Of a DNA stretch of 64,000 nt, positions 1-14,900 are shown piece after piece. Positions within the stretch are counted from its first letter, which is position 1; each line of letters begins with the position of its first letter. Source of the DNA: the human T2T-CHM13v2.0 reference genome, Homo sapiens. The notes under the pieces are model-generated. The model was not told the DNA's origin. It was given only the letters and a program-made list of their open reading frames with translations, and made no database searches. A program made the translations under genes and the position numbers. Where the stretch lies: the NCBI GenBank assembly GCA_009914755.4, contig CP068257.2, positions 19,232,001 through 19,296,000 of the forward strand. The letters are read 5' to 3'.

Positions 1-147
1 GGGAATGGTGGCTTGGACCAGTAACTTTGGAGGCCGAGGACAATCGCTTGAGGCCAGGAGTTCAAGACCAGCCTGGGTAACACAGCAAGACCCAGACTTC
101 GTCTCTAAAAGACTAAATTAAAAATAAATTATTTTTAACAAGTTCCC
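1..147 (+). mobile_element. Alu-family left-monomer fragment (FLAM-like or Alu truncated by the window edge), ending in an A-rich tract
   Basis: ggaggccgagg...caggagttcaagaccagcctgg...cgtctc followed by taaaagactaaattaaaaataaat matches the Alu left arm plus A-rich linker. Confidence 0.65.
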
Positions 148-3100
148 CAGCTGCTACCCATGCCTTTCAGTCACTCGTCAACACACTGAAATGAAACCTG
201 AAGTCACGATAACATCATAGTTGACTTAATTTGTTTTTATTGAAGCAGAGCGCTTTCTCCAATTTTACTTTTCTTTACACCCAACTGAAGTTTTCTTAAG
301 CTGTTCAATTCTTTTAAACACCTAGCATATTAGATATTGCTTAAAAGTTAATGTTATATGCTCCTTTTCTCAAAACCCATGAATCATTCCCCACTTTACT
401 CAGTAAAAGCCAAAATCATTACAATTACCTACAACGCCCTCTGTTTCTTTTTATCTTCATTCCTGCTATTCTCACTCCATCCCAGCCACATGGGCCTCCT
501 TGCTTCTGTTTGAACAGACATCTCCCAATGTTAAGGTCTTCTGAGATGATCCCCATGGTGGGGTCCATAATATTCTCTTGGCTAAGCTCTGATGATGTTC
601 TCTTGGCTAATTTTTTTTTTTCCCCGTGATGTTCTCTTGGCTAAGCCCTGACTGTTCTTCACGTTTATGTTTAAATATCATTTTTTATATAAGTATTTTG
701 GAGTAAGACTTAAATGACAGAAAATCAACACATTGATTTTTTTAAATAACTCTCAGTATTATTCTCCTTGGGGGATCATTGTGTTGTAATTATGCTTTCA
801 TGTTCTTTTATTAAAGATACCTATGGAGAACTTTATCCTTCCCTTCATAAGCCTGCCATATTTTTCAGTCAATCTTTGATAGATCTTTAACTGATCATTA
901 CCATTATTAGAAATAAGTATAGATCTGGGATATAAAATGACTAGGGAAGGATTAAAAGAACACCGACTCCCAATTTTAAACATACCAGCATATTTTTTTC
1001 CTTTAAAAACCACACATGATGTTTTTGGATTAAAATAAATGTATTTTAATACCATTTTATGGAGGGACCTCTAGGAATGTACAAACAAGTTTAGAATCTG
1101 GGGGCTTAACAAGATATATGATTAGGTATAGCCATGTAAGACTACCATTAAACTCTACTCATTATTTATTTTTAATTTAATAAGCAAACTAAAAACTCAC
1201 TGTCCAACTAGTCATAGTTTTTTATCATTTTATTTATGATTAAGTCATAAAACACTTAACGTATATCAAGACTTGAATTTGGTTTATTAATAGATTAAAT
1301 TGATGTAACCGAACACTGCACTCGAATTAACTTAGTTCCAATAACCATAAACTTGGCCTGCGTGATTTCATTTGTAACCATTTTTTACCTTGTTAACTCA
1401 GTGTCCTCTCACTAATGTGGATCAATGGCAATGTACGGGCATATTACCTTTATAAATTCACGTATTTTTTCAATGTAGTAACTGTTTGGTAATTTCTGTT
1501 AACACTTTCTCCTTTCTTTAAATGGAATTAGAGAAATGTCGAATAGAACTCCTTTATGTAAGCATATCTTCGAGGGCAATATACAAGATAGTAGGAAAAT
1601 ATCCTAACCCTACTTGGATGCCCAATGCTAATGTCAATCTCTGTCATCACAGTCTTGTGGGATAATTGTTCATAACTTTCCACTGCATCACTGAGATAGG
1701 CTCATGTCGATTTATACCAGCTGGTATTCCATGGCTGTGGGCTAGCCACCATCTTTCACACCTCATTGAGTTCCCATCAGACTGTAAAGTACAGTAACTA
1801 AGTAATCTCTTGCTCGCTCTCCTTTTTGTTAATGTGTTGCACACTCTGCCAGTGTAAAGATGTATATGAACTGGGGTTTTCTCTAGAAATCAAGAAAGAA
1901 CATCCCACTGCTCACACCAGCTAAACCACACTGTAAGCAATTGCTTGTCTCCTAATTATAACTATAAAACAATATTGGATACACTGGGTTTTAAATGTCT
2001 AGCCCAAATTCATATATCTACTTAGTTTTGAAAAATTACTAGGACAGAGCTGGCACTTAAATGTTTTTGAACAATACCATAATACCATAAAGATATTCTT
2101 AAGCTGAGATTTTCTTTTTCTTAAATGAAGCAGTAAGCAAAAATCTCAGTGTACCATGTAAAATGAATTAATTTTAGCATGGTCCTTTGAGTCTATTTTA
2201 AATATTATATCCATTTATAAATGGGCTGCTGAGCTGATGGGAAAATAAGAAATGGCCTCCCAGGCATTCAGAAATAAAACCAAGAATAAAACTCAGTAGC
2301 TTTGGTTGAAAAATAAGATGTAGTACCTCAAAATAATTTCAAAATTTAGTATGAGAAAAAAATTGTTTAGAAGATTTTGAATGAAACATGCAAAATTGGT
2401 CTTTGGAGTTGTTACGAACCTATATTATGAGTAAACTTACAATAAGGATATAGCAGATATACTATTACCTGGACTTTTTCTCCATAATCTTACTCTCACA
2501 CCCTTAAATCTCTAAGGCTGACATTTCTGGAGGGAGGATTCATGAATATCCTGCAGAAGCAAGAATACAGAAGAAAGATTACCTACTTTCAACACAACAC
2601 TAATAGACTTTTGACATTCTGTTTCCAATCCTCCAGGCACCCTCCACTCCCAATTTCTCTGCTCATAATGTCTTCATTCCAAAATTAAGTTGATACTTCC
2701 CCAATTCCCTTCCCACTTTTTACCTAATTATCTACCTATAAAAATATGTTGGAACAACAAAATATAGCTACAAGGGAAGCACATACACATATACAGACAC
2801 ACACTCACTCCAACACCCTTAGGTAAAACAAACAACATTTAGAGAAACTATGTTATTCTCTTAGGTTTTAAAAGTAAAATGAAAATCTCTGTTGGTTTGA
2901 TTTTGTTTTCCTGAGAGTTTTCCAGAGTGGTTAGCACATCGTTCGCATTTAGGAATCAATATTATTTATGTTATTGGAATCATACTAAACGGCAGACATT
3001 GAAGATGCCATAGTCAGTAATGGAATACCAAATATAATATCCTGTCAAATAGTCCTCAGGGAACTGATGGTCACAAGATAGTCTACTCAATTTTTATTTC

Positions 3101-3137
<37 letters not shown>
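3101..3137. repeat. (TTA)n microsatellite, about 12 units, derived from the tail of the adjacent minus-strand Alu
   Basis: perfect ttattattatt... run lying directly on the poly-T (tail) side of the Alu at 3138-3418. Confidence 0.9.
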
Positions 3138-3138
<1 letters not shown>

Positions 3139-3418
3139 GAGACCAGGTCTCGCTCGGTTGTCCAGATTGGAGTGCAGAGGTGCAATTACAGCTCACTGCA
3201 GCTTTGACCTCCTTGGCTCAAGTGATCCTCCCGCCTCAGCCTCCTGAGTAGCTGGGACTACAGGCACAAATCCATGCCCGGCTAATTTTTAATTTTTAGT
3301 AGAGATGAGGTCTCGTTATGTTGCCCAGGCTGATCTGGAACTCCTGAGCTCAAGCAATCCTCCCATCTCAGCCTCCCAAAGTGCTGGGTTGACAGGCATG
3401 AGCCTCTGCACTCAGTCC
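3138..3418 (-). mobile_element. Alu SINE, full length, older S/J-type
   Basis: reverse complement of the Alu consensus from gagaccaggtctcgc...gcctcccaaagtgctggg...; both arms present. Confidence 0.9.
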
Positions 3419-4600
3419 ATGTTAATTTTCCATTTGCAGAACATTTTTCTTCCAAATCAAAAATGAGTATTATTATCTTCCACCTACCCATATAGTAATA
3501 TTTGTGCCTTAATGAAACATCCAAAACAAGATTTTGTCTGAAAAATGTGTTCAAATATTTGAAATGTACTATTATTTCTTATATTAACATTTTCTTTTAA
3601 GCTGGTATTCACAATTCAGTGAACTATTTTCATGAAATGTTTCCCTCTGAGTTCAGTAAATTAGTGAACCCTAATGCCATGTTTAATCTTTATTGCCAAA
3701 TAGTTTTTCCTCTCTGTACAGTATCTAGAACTATGATAATTATTTTATTACTTATTTATTGTCTCATTTCATACATTGAAGTAAGTTCCCTGCAAAATCA
3801 TAATCATCTACTGTCTTCATGATTGACTCCCTAGTATATACAACAATTCTTGGCGCATAGTAGATATTCAAGAAATAGCAGTGAAATTAATGAATAAACA
3901 GATGTATTGTGTAGCTCCAAATGATCTCATGTCACTGTACACTTAATATAAAGCTCTTATTTGATATGTGATACTGAGCCACAAGACGATAGTGAATTAT
4001 TTTAAACCACTTAGATAGTCTGCAGCCAGGTTTGTACTAAAATGCAAGCCAGTTAACTGATTCCAGTGCTTCTTGCCTTTTTCCTACACAGCCTCTCCCC
4101 TGATAACCAGAACCTGCATAATCTCAGTTAAAATATGACATGTATAATTAGATATGATTCCATATATCATTTCATGCAGCCTGAAATAATAATCACTGCT
4201 ATGATTGCAATATTTTGTATATAGTCTTCTAAAATTTTGTCAAATTTCTTTTAGCAATTTATGTTCCTGTTGCCACATACTTGTGACTAGCAAACACTCC
4301 ACGATTTTTAACATCATTTGGAGTTTGTGCATTTTCACACTTCATTTATCCCCATTAAGATGATAGTTATTAGTTTCAACCCATGTTTCCAGGTTCTTGA
4401 GATAATTCTAAATCTTGATTCTGACATCTATGATATTAAGCAGCAATTTCAGATTTGTGTTAAGCACAAACTTGAATAAAATGCATCTTTGCTTAAGGAT
4501 GCAAAACAAAGTCTTGAGGGCTAAATTAGATCTACATGAGCATTTTCATTAGCCAGTATAGGCTTTTTAAAAAAATATATATGAAGGTGTATTAATTTCC

Positions 4601-5063
4601 TGGGGTTGTCATAAAAAAGTACCAAAAGCCAGGTGGCTTAAAATAACAGAAATTTATTTGCTCACAGTGTGCAGGCTAGAAGTCTGAAATCAAGGTCCCA
4701 GCAGGGCCATGATCAATCTGACTGCTCTTGGGGGAAATTCTTCCTTGCCACTCTTAGCTTCTGCTGTTTATCTGCAATCCTTGCCTTCTCTTAGTTCGTA
4801 GATACATTAGTCCACTTACATGGCCATCATCTTCTCCCTGTGTGGCTTCAAGTCATTTTCCCTCTGTGTGTGTCATCTCTTGTCCCAGTTTTCCCTTTTT
4901 ATAAGGATACTAGTCATATTGGATTGGGGCTCACTTTAATGATCTCATCTTAACATGATTATCTCTGTAAAGACCTTATTTCCAAATAAGATCACATTCT
5001 GAGATATTCAGCATTAGGATATTATAGGTAGCAAAGACACTATTCAACCCCAGACCAAAAGCA
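4601..5063 (+). mobile_element. solo LTR of ERVL-MaLR type (MLT1-like)
   Basis: TG...CA element with the characteristic ...aacagaaatttatt.ctcacagt...ggctagaagtc.aaatcaaggt...cttataaggatac.agtcatattggatt.ggg.cca...aatgatctcatcttaac... blocks. Confidence 0.6.
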
Positions 5064-5099
5064 TTTGGATTAGTGATTTCTGCGCAAAGTGGTAGATAT

Positions 5100-5236
5100 A
5101 TTATAATACTGATAATATTATATGTAATGTGTCATATATATCATATATGTCATACATACATACCTGTTCTAAATGCATGATGTCCATATATATGCACACA
5201 TATATGACAAGTTTGTGTGTGTGTGTGTGTGTGTTA
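5100..5236. repeat. compound low-complexity tract: (CATA/TATG)-rich segment followed by (GT)n at 5214-5234
   Basis: direct reading of the sequence. Confidence 0.85.
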
Positions 5237-5305
5237 GTGCAAAGTTTTAAACTTTCTAGTCTCCATAAAATTCTTCTTGCTTTGGCAAAAGCCATCGGTT
5301 GGTAA

Positions 5306-5642
<337 letters not shown>

Positions 5643-7381
5643 TTGATCAATTTATTTTTGAACTCAGTCTATGTGACTTCACTTTATATATCATAATATC
5701 ACAAATCCTAATGCTTCTTTTCAGTCTTGTAGCAGATTTTAAAGTGGGGCAAAAAGAGGAATCCATTACCATCACAATGCTGGAGTACTGATGTGACATA
5801 ATGTCTAGTAATGTTTTTATAGATCCAATAGCATCCAACAGAAAACACAATTTTGTTTGCATGACTCAACTTGAGAGAAAATAATTCATACATTAGTGTG
5901 ACTGAATCCAGATATTTTCCAGTTAAAATAAGTCATTTATCATTTTACTTATTTATAGCTTAATATTGGAAAAAGCAGAGAGCATTAACTTGCATATATG
6001 TCTCAGTTAAAAATATAGTAGAAAACAGCATATTCGATTAAGACCTTGCTATTCCTCTTACCAATGGTACACATGGGAAAACACTGGAAAATGGAGCATC
6101 AAGTCCTAAATCTTTTAAGCAGAATAATATATTTGTCTAATAAATCTGTGAAAAGTATTTTAAATAACATATGGGTTACCATGGGATTTACTGTGATAGG
6201 TTAGAAGATAATAATATATAGTGGAAGTCCTACTTGCTAGAAACTTAGTTTAAATTCCAAACATATTTACTTACCTCATATCTATTAAAATCAAAGTGCC
6301 AATCTGTTATTCCCACTCCTGGCAGGTGGTTCTCTGTCACATTGTTCAACAGCAACATCTACTGGCTGCAATGTCCACATCTAACTTCTGTTGCTTGGAT
6401 TTCTACTGTTTGGTATGTTTCAAATGTTATTCCAGGGAGTGGTTTGAATAGGAAGGTTGGATTACATTGGGAGAAAGAAGAGATCATCAAAAGTTCTTGA
6501 AAGCAGATTTCTTTAATAATTTAATTTTTATTAGGTACTTAGAGAAAACAAAATCTATCCATTCAGGGTTTCCAGAGTCTCATTGCTTGAGCCATACATG
6601 GAAACCAGCTTGTGGATAGTTGTACATCAGAAAACCATTTATGATTACTGTCTCAGAGTAGCTACCTTACTGAGAGATATGAAACATAGCTATACATGGA
6701 AGGAACAACAGACTTTATAGAAATGATTAAAATCAAAATATACTCTATCATATAAATTTGTATTTAAAGGATATACTTTACTATTTAATGGTGATTATCA
6801 CAATGAGCACAAGATTTGGGGGAATTACTCATAACTTTATTCTTTTTCATTATTTTCAGCATATTAACTTTGAGTTCCAAACATAAACTATACAAATTAT
6901 CTAAAAATATACTTGGTACCTTTTGATATGGTACCTCTCCATGTACAGAATGACTGCACTGCCCTCTGATTTGTATTCCCTGCCAACACTCTTATATAAT
7001 CAATAGCTTTAAAAATTTTCAATTTGGATATTCAGCTCGTTAGATTCCAACCTTCTGCTTCATTGACATTCTTCAATAATGAACTTTCATTTCTTTTAGG
7101 CAGGATGAAATGAACTTGGCATATGACTTTAGCTTTAAAAAATTGTATTTAAGGAGAATAAACATAAGCATTTAATATTCTGGAGTTTCTTACTACCACA
7201 GTGTAATTTTCATACCACACATATATAAGGTTTTCCTTTTCTACTTCTACCAAGTTATCATATAGTTAGTTACTTCTGATGGTTTTAAGAAAAAGTTATA
7301 GCAATAGATATTACTGGAAAAGTTATTTAATTCACAAGTGATCACTGGTTTACTCATTTATGCATTTTAATGTACAAATTC

Positions 7382-7512
7382 TTTTTTCAGAAATAGAGAC
7401 ACAGGTCTCACTTTGTTGCCCAGGCTGGTTTCAAACTCCTGGGCTCCAGCAATCCTCCTCTCTTGGCCTCCCAAAGTGCTGGGATTACAGGCATGAGCCA
7501 CTGAGACCGGCC
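7382..7512 (-). mobile_element. Alu with a large internal deletion (right-arm 3' end fused to the 5' part of the left monomer)
   Basis: ttttttcagaaatagagacacaggtctcactttgttgcccaggctgg joined directly to ...ctcctgggctccagcaatcctc...gcctcccaaagtgctgggattacaggcatgagccactgagaccggcc. Confidence 0.75.
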
Positions 7513-8667
7513 AAGAAAATTCTTACATACCATGTTTTGGGTCAGGTGCTGCCCTACTAGGCCAAAATATTAATTCATTTAATTATCTAAAAACTCTAGA
7601 ATCCCTGGAATAATTCAGATTAATTTTGCTCAGCAAATATTCCCTCCCTCCTCCACCCATTGTGAATGAGAATATGATCCAGTATATGATCCCACCCAAC
7701 TGAAACTGGGCTTGAATTTAAGACTTGCTTTGGCAAGTACAACACATTGACCAGAAAAGAGATCTTCAGTGTGCTTGCATGTTTTGGCTTACTTCTTAGG
7801 CTTTTATGATATATCAGTCACTGTCCCTGTTTGGGTTCCAGAATAAACAAATAAAGACCTGGTCCCAACCTCTAAGTACAGAGCCTGGCCACGCAGAGAC
7901 TTCCAGCCAAACCCATCCTAGGTCAACTAAACCTTGTGTAGAATTTCACTAAATATAACGTTAATGGTGCTTCCTGGTCATTTGGCCTCAATATTATAGT
8001 GAAACAGCAAGCACAAAAAAAGTTATCATTCTTACAGGTACAATTGACTCTGATTATCAAGAGAACAGTGAGTCATTGTGACACAATAGGTGCAGGAGAG
8101 AGGATTGTTGGAACTGAGGTGATTCTCTGGTAACCTTGGCATGTCTATGTCTGGTAAAAATAATAAGAAATCATAGTCTGACAAGGGCATGGTAACCAAG
8201 TTCTCAATTCCTTGAGAATGAAAGTCTGGGTTGTCTTATGAGATGAGCAACCCAGACCTGATCAAATATAGAGGAAGAATATATTGAGTATTATTGATAG
8301 CCTTAGTACCAGTTTCAGCCATGGTTACTACAGATAGGCCTGCTACTACTCCTTTCACTTTTTTCCCCCTTAAAAATTATGCCTTACCACTCTCACAAAG
8401 AAGCATTGTCAGCACAGAGAGAATATGTTGTGAGACACGAGTGGATATAAGGGGGGGTATAAGTGATGAACTTGTCAGCGCCCTAGCATTAGTGTGGGAT
8501 ATTCATTACAGTTGATGAACCAATATTGATATATTATTAGTTAATAATAAAGAATTATTATTTGTTATAATTATTAGCTATTAATGATTAGTTAATAATG
8601 TATCAATATTGGTTTATCAATTGTAATAAATACAGTTTATAGTTTACATTAAGGTCCAATCTTTGTG

Positions 8668-8855
8668 TTGTATAGTCTATGGATCTTGACAAATGTATCC
8701 TGCATACATCCACCATTACAGTATTATACAGAATAGTTTCACTGCCCTAAAAATCTCCCTTGCTCTGACTGTTCAATTCTGTCCACTGAACCCTTGGCAA
8801 CTACTGATTGTTTTGCTATATCTTTACTTGTGCGTTTTCCAGAATGCCATATTGT
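8668..8855 (+). mobile_element. ancient L1 (L1M-type) 3'UTR fragment
   Basis: ctatggatcttgacaaatgtatcctgcatacatccaccattacagtattatacagaatagtttcactgccctaaaaatctccc...cccttggcaactactgat...ttttccagaatg.catat.gttgg matches the conserved L1M 3'UTR block as I recall it. Confidence 0.45.
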
Positions 8856-9282
8856 TGGGCCCACCATTTCCTTATTTTTAGCTGCTAAGGTTGCTATCAC
8901 AATGAGTTCAGGGACTCGAGTGGTGACACCATTTATCCTGGGTTGTAGAGTTGGCTCCTCATGGCACGTCTTTGGAGGCTTGGTATGAGCCGCTGTAGAA
9001 AACTGGGAAAATCTTTCTTTTATCTCTAGCAAGTAAGTTATTTATAACTTATTAACTCGTTTTATAAATCTTTAATATTTCAACTGCAGTTAACAACCTG
9101 AGCAGCTTGCCTCCATGAAAACAAATATTGAACATATATAAAATATGTGTGCGTGTGTATCTACAAATCTACTCAAAATTATAAGTAGAAAAAAATTACA
9201 ATTAAGAGTCATCGGGAATAGGAATAGGATCCACTATACATAAACAAATCAGGCCTTTAGAATTGCTGCAAATACTGCTTTG

Positions 9283-9342
9283 AAATTTATTCTTTTCATA
9301 AATATGTAAGTTAAATTTATTCTTTTCATAAATAAGTAAATT
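9283..9342. repeat. tandem duplication, 2 x 30 bp (aaatttattcttttcataaata[ta]gtaa[ga]tt)
   Basis: two adjacent near-identical 30-mers seen directly. Confidence 0.85.
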
Positions 9343-10728
9343 AAATATTACGATTATAATATTTTTCCTAAAATACATGTTTCATCAATATTTCCTGAGG
9401 GTGTTCTCCAATATACCCTGTAGCTACCCAGCTGAAATGGCCATGGTCATCCTGCTACGTGTAAAGTACTTTAAGTGGTCTTATGTTGTGCTACTTTAAA
9501 ACATAATTATTACTTTTATTGTTACTTTACCTTCACATTTGGAAAAATACAACCAACAAATCCTGTACCTCTGTCTAGTTTATTTTCATTAGTATTATAA
9601 CCACAAGCAAAGGAAACAGATGTTTTTATCACAAAAACATTTTGTAAATATGCAAGACCAAGAAAGCAACAATAAGCATGTTGTGCAGTTAGTACCATTT
9701 TCTCTGATCCACTAAAGTCAGTTGTCCAAGAAAGGAGCTGTTTATACTACTCCTATATTGCTAGGGCAGTTGCAGACTGATGACTTATGATCAAGAAAAA
9801 TTAATTTTCTCTTGTAATACTGAAATCCTCAAAAGCATGAGTTTTGTATCGATGCCTGAATTTCTGAAGTCATATTTTTGAAATAACATGTAATATGTAA
9901 TTTGAATTCAGTTACTCCAAACATTATTATCAGTTATTTTCCAAGAAAAATACATACATTGCATTTGATATTGCCTAATTTCTGAAATTGGTTGAGTCTA
10001 AAATAATAACGTCAAATATGATTTTCTAACAAACATGTAAAATTAGCCGCAAGCTATATGAACAATTTCATACGCTATAATCTTATTAGGGGAAAAAGTT
10101 TTGTCTATATCCTTTTGATTGCCTTTGGATAACAATTATATGTTAGAAGGCAAGGTCTAAGGTTAGCAAGGTATAAGTTAATAATAAAAAATTGTGATGT
10201 AATAATTTGAATAAAAATTTAAAAAGTATGAAAATTAGCCATTTTTGGTACAATCTATACTTCACTTTGTGAAAAAAATCCACATCCATCATATGCAATA
10301 CTTTTACACACAATGTACCAACCAGCAATCAGTGAAGAAATATGCCATCTCTTTATGTATATTACTAATTTTCCTGAAAACTAAACCCCTTTCAGATTAT
10401 AAATTTCATAGTCTACAAATTTATATTGTTAAATACACTTAATATTTTCTTAGGAAAATTCTTATAAATACAACTATCATCCAAAATTTGATTGTATATT
10501 TAAATATTTGGTTCACATGGCGAAGAATCTTTCCATAAAATCTTTAGCAATTGAGAGCTTTCCAGAGATCTAAAGACTCCTGATTCCTCCACAAATATAC
10601 TGATATTTAGCATTATTATTCTTCAATTAGATTCCAACTTAAGAGATAAACACATATTTTACATTTAGTTCAATCATATTTTCTTTGATTAGAATTTGCA
10701 TCCATATATTCTGTATATGACTATACTT

Positions 10729-10780
10729 GTCTATCTATGTATTTATGCATCTATCAATCTATCATCTATCATCTCTCTAG
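10729..10780. repeat. degenerate (TCTA)n / (ATCT)n microsatellite
   Basis: ctatctatgtatttatgcatctatcaatctatcatctatcatctc. Confidence 0.6.
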
Positions 10781-11949
10781 TCTTCATTGCAAAGTGCATG
10801 ATAATATTTCCCACCCACTTGTATCTTCCACTGCTTTTATTTACTATTGATTTAAATAAACTCTTGCATTAGTGATTAAAACTTTGTATGTCATAAATGT
10901 GTCTCTTTTTTTCTCAATTTTTAGTTACCTTTTAATTTTGCTTATTGATTATTATTTAACGCTCAAAGTTAAAATATTTGTTTGGCTAAATCAGTCAACC
11001 TTTTCCTTTATAGTTTTTGTGTTTGGTGGTAAAGATGAATTTTAAAGCAAAAGTTTTTCTTTTCGATAAACTTTCATTAAGCACTTACCGTAGCTTAGGA
11101 ACACAGAGAATCAATTAAGTGCTTGTCCGGCATGCAATTTCAACCAAGTTGTGGAGATAGAAATGCAAATGTACATTCACACAACATTAAGAAATATTTT
11201 ATCAACAGCAATCTACCAATAAATGCAAATTGATATGGTGCAAATTGAGAACATATGTGCTGAGAATAAAGGAATGTGTAATTGAATGGAACTTCTCAAG
11301 GGAGGGAAATTAGAGATAATAAAAATCCAAGGCTTTCAGAATTTTTATGACATCTTTTTGTCAGTGATTCTTCTATGCATCTATGAATTATTCTACTTTG
11401 CATATATTTGAAGAAGCTGGATCTTGCTATATACATTTTACATATTTCTTCTAGGACAAGAGGAGTTGAAGTTGATATGTTATAAATGCTTAAGCATAAA
11501 TGCAATTTTCAGCATTATTTTTCTGGGAAATTGAAAGTGAGACAGGAATGGTTAGGAAATAAGAATTAATTATTTTCTTTACTAGCCATGAATGCACTCT
11601 ACACCTTCAAATCCAGCTATGCCTTACCACCCTGTTGTCACCTAGTACTTTTGAAGTTTCATTTCAGAAGTAAAGGTATAATAAGAGAGAAAATTATGGA
11701 AGTGGTGATAGTATTGTGAGGTTATCAAAGGAATAACAACCACAAAATAAGGAAATAGAACTGCTCATTTTCACTTTCAAATATATACCTAATAATCTAG
11801 TTATTATTGGAAGTTTGATGCTCATTTTGAGTACGAATTTAAAAACCTCAGTTTTGGAGAAATATGTTAGTGAAATTTTCTCAATACTTCGTAGTTAAAA
11901 CTTGATTTTGTTCTAATGCCTTAAAATGACTTCCTGGGAGCTGTTTCTG

Positions 11950-11973
11950 CTCTCTCTCTCTCTCTCTCTCTCT
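11950..11973. repeat. (CT)n microsatellite, about 12 units
   Basis: tctctctctctctctctctctctct. Confidence 0.9.
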
Positions 11974-14900
11974 GCAGTTGTCCTCAACACTCATCACTGA
12001 TATAAAATGAAAAAAGGAAGAAGTGATGACATTGTAACCATGGTTTTCCCTATAGTTCCTGTGTCTGCTGTGCATTTTACCTTCTAATTTTCCTAGAGTT
12101 GGATTTTAAATGATCCAGTTCTAAAGCACAATTTTCACTAGTACTTGAAATATCTCTCTTGAATACTTAACTTCCATATTACTCTGATGAGCAAGACAGG
12201 CCATGTTAGGGAAAACCCTCAAGTGAATTCATGTTCCTTTCTTAAACCAAAAAAATTCAAATCACGTTTCCCTTCCTTGGGAGTGAATCTACTCCATACT
12301 AAGGTACGTGCAAAGCAGAACTTTTCAAGATAAAAATGTATTCAGAACCCATAAAACTATTTTTTTATATTTATATCTTTTCTTCTTTCTCAAAGTTCAT
12401 GGTCTACAGTTTTTTTTCTCCTCTTCCCCAAACATACAATGAAAAAGTGAAAAAAGACTTTTGTAACTATGAGGTTGCAAATTCACTGAAGAACCAAGTC
12501 ATTATTCATTTCAGCATGTCTCTTTCGTGATGACTAATGTATGCAATTCCATCATTACCAATAAACATTGGTCCCATGTTGAATTTTAGTTTTTTATAAG
12601 ATAGTATGCAACAGTAAAACAATTCTCAGTTAAGGAAACAGAAGACTAACATTCTGAGAAATGAAAATAAATAAATTTTAAGAAAAACCTTCTAATTTTT
12701 GAAAGTAATGTTAGTGCAGGATCTGTGTATGAAGTTATAGAATAAACAACACTGGAATTGTTATATAGGGTAGTATACAAATATATAGCCCTTAGGAAAA
12801 AAAAATATTCTTGCTCTTGGCTCCTGCTGACTAAACACTATTTGCCATTTTGGTCTTATTTCTGGTAACTAAACTCTTGAAATCAATGGTCCATTTAATT
12901 TTAACTCTTTTCTGTTTCTGAAAAACCCTACACCTGCCCACCTACACTGTGTTCTACCTAGCACACTTTTTTGTTTCCCTTTAATTATTTAGTTCCTGCT
13001 TAACCTATTAGTTTGGTATTTCAGGATCTTGAGCCTTCGAATCTGGGTCCGTTCCCATTCCCATTGCACCCTCTGGTGGCCATCTCCATATCCATCTTAG
13101 TTAATTAAGCCAATTTTGATTAATTCCATACTCTTACACTGGTGGCAGGTTGGTTCAGAAAAAGGCAACTGATGCGATTCTAACCAGTAGAACCAGAAGT
13201 AAATTCTACAGGAAGCCGCCTAAGGAAAGTTTTCTTATTCACAAAATAGAGTCACAGGAAACTGTAGTATCTCCTCTATTTTCCAAAATGCACTATTATT
13301 ATCACTGTTGCTGCTGCTGTTGATGTTGTTTAATTTTGTTTTGTTTGACATAGTTCTGCATCTGCTATTACCATAGTTATAACAGCTTAACATTAAAATT
13401 TTTTTAAATGGAAAACAGAGACATGAGAAGAAAGTCTGTTTCTGTTCGCTTTGTGACATCAATGAATCAGCCGGTGTTAGAGGTCAACTTCAGCAGTCAT
13501 TTTACATTTATTTTGTCCATCCAGAATGTGAATTGCCTTCTATGTTTGCAGACACTTCCGCTTCTTGAAAAACAGCCTGAAACTCGTTATGAAATCTGAA
13601 ATGCCTTATATTCACTTTCCTACCCCTCCTTGTGTTGGAAGACATTTCCCCATGGATTTCTTGCATTCCTACATAGTCTGAGTACTCTGAGTAAAAGCAT
13701 TTACGGCCAATCATTGTATATGGAAACATTCCAAAACAGTAAAGTATATTTTTTTGGAGGATTTTTTTTACATCTCAGGATAACAAACATAGAAAATCCT
13801 TTCCCTTCTCCCCCAAAGATATTTGCTTATATTCTAGATTAAACCGAATATTCCAGTCTCTCTTTTTCTCTTTGGAGGGGAGGATCGGCAAGACATCAGG
13901 GGCCCTACCTAAAATCAGAGTTTCCTAATTTTGAGGATTTTTTTCCTGTGATGTATTCCACTGAATGTACACATAACATCTGGCTCTCATTGTGTTGCCC
14001 TGTGTGAACTGATGTACAGAGAACCAACATAAGATAAATGGTCTTTGTTTCTGACTAAGGAGTCATCTGTATTATATTAGCCTGCTAAGGTTATATATTC
14101 AACAAAGCAGAACGGATTCAGCATGGCAGCGTGGTCTGTGTTTTCTGTGGCAGACTGACTTGGTAGTTTACAATAGAGTAAAATCACAGATCTTTTACAG
14201 TCTTAGTTAGACTTCATACTTAGAACCAGTGTATTGTCACATGACTTTGAATTCAACAATTGGCATCGCTTGCCCTATATTTTCAACTGGAAATATTGAT
14301 ATGAAAAATCAGGTACCATGCTGAAATTATAAACGCATTGGTTGAATTCTCCAGCATCCATCGGTGGTTATGTCTGCAGTGCTGTCTGCCCACACTGTGC
14401 CTATGGGCTTTGTCAACCCTGGGGATTCTAGTAAACATAAGTCAGCTCGTGTCATTCCTAAGCTCTTCCCTACCGTAAAAGAATTTGTTATTCTCAGTAA
14501 CACCTATTGCAGTTTTGTTTATTTCATTGTATAGTTTCTATGTTCCACACTGGAATGCAGTCTACAAAAAGGAAGGGATCGTATATCCCTCTGTCAACAC
14601 ATGATAGACTCTCAAAACTATTTCTGAGGAAATAAATATCAGGAATTTGAAGAAAAACATTATTGACTTTTAACAGTTTTTGAGGAAATTATCTATTGTG
14701 AGGAGTGTATAGATACTTTAGCATCTATAAATTAAAATTTTCACTCAAATATCTGAAGAATAAGTAGAAATGTTATTATGAAGAATAAAATATAACAATA
14801 TAGAGAGTATATAAAAATTTTAGTGCTAAAGTGCCAGTATGATTAGCTGTTGCATTAGTTACCTAGCTGCACATAGATTATTCAAAAACTTAGCATCTTA

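Noticed and set aside
8520-8650. AT-rich segment with repeated caatattg (a self-complementary octamer) and attagttaataat motifs in swapped order, suggestive of terminal inverted repeats of a small DNA transposon
   Set aside because: The motifs are short and AT-only, and the inverted symmetry is imperfect. There is no flanking TA/target duplication or internal transposon-like sequence that I can recognise. Most likely low-complexity sequence adjoining the L1M 3'UTR fragment.
13400-13600. Unique region with short ORFs (13408-13599 plus strand, 13235-13462 minus strand) that might be taken for a small exon
   Set aside because: No splice-site context, no codon-usage signal, and nothing recognisable in the peptides. 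Indistinguishable from random open frames in AT-rich DNA.
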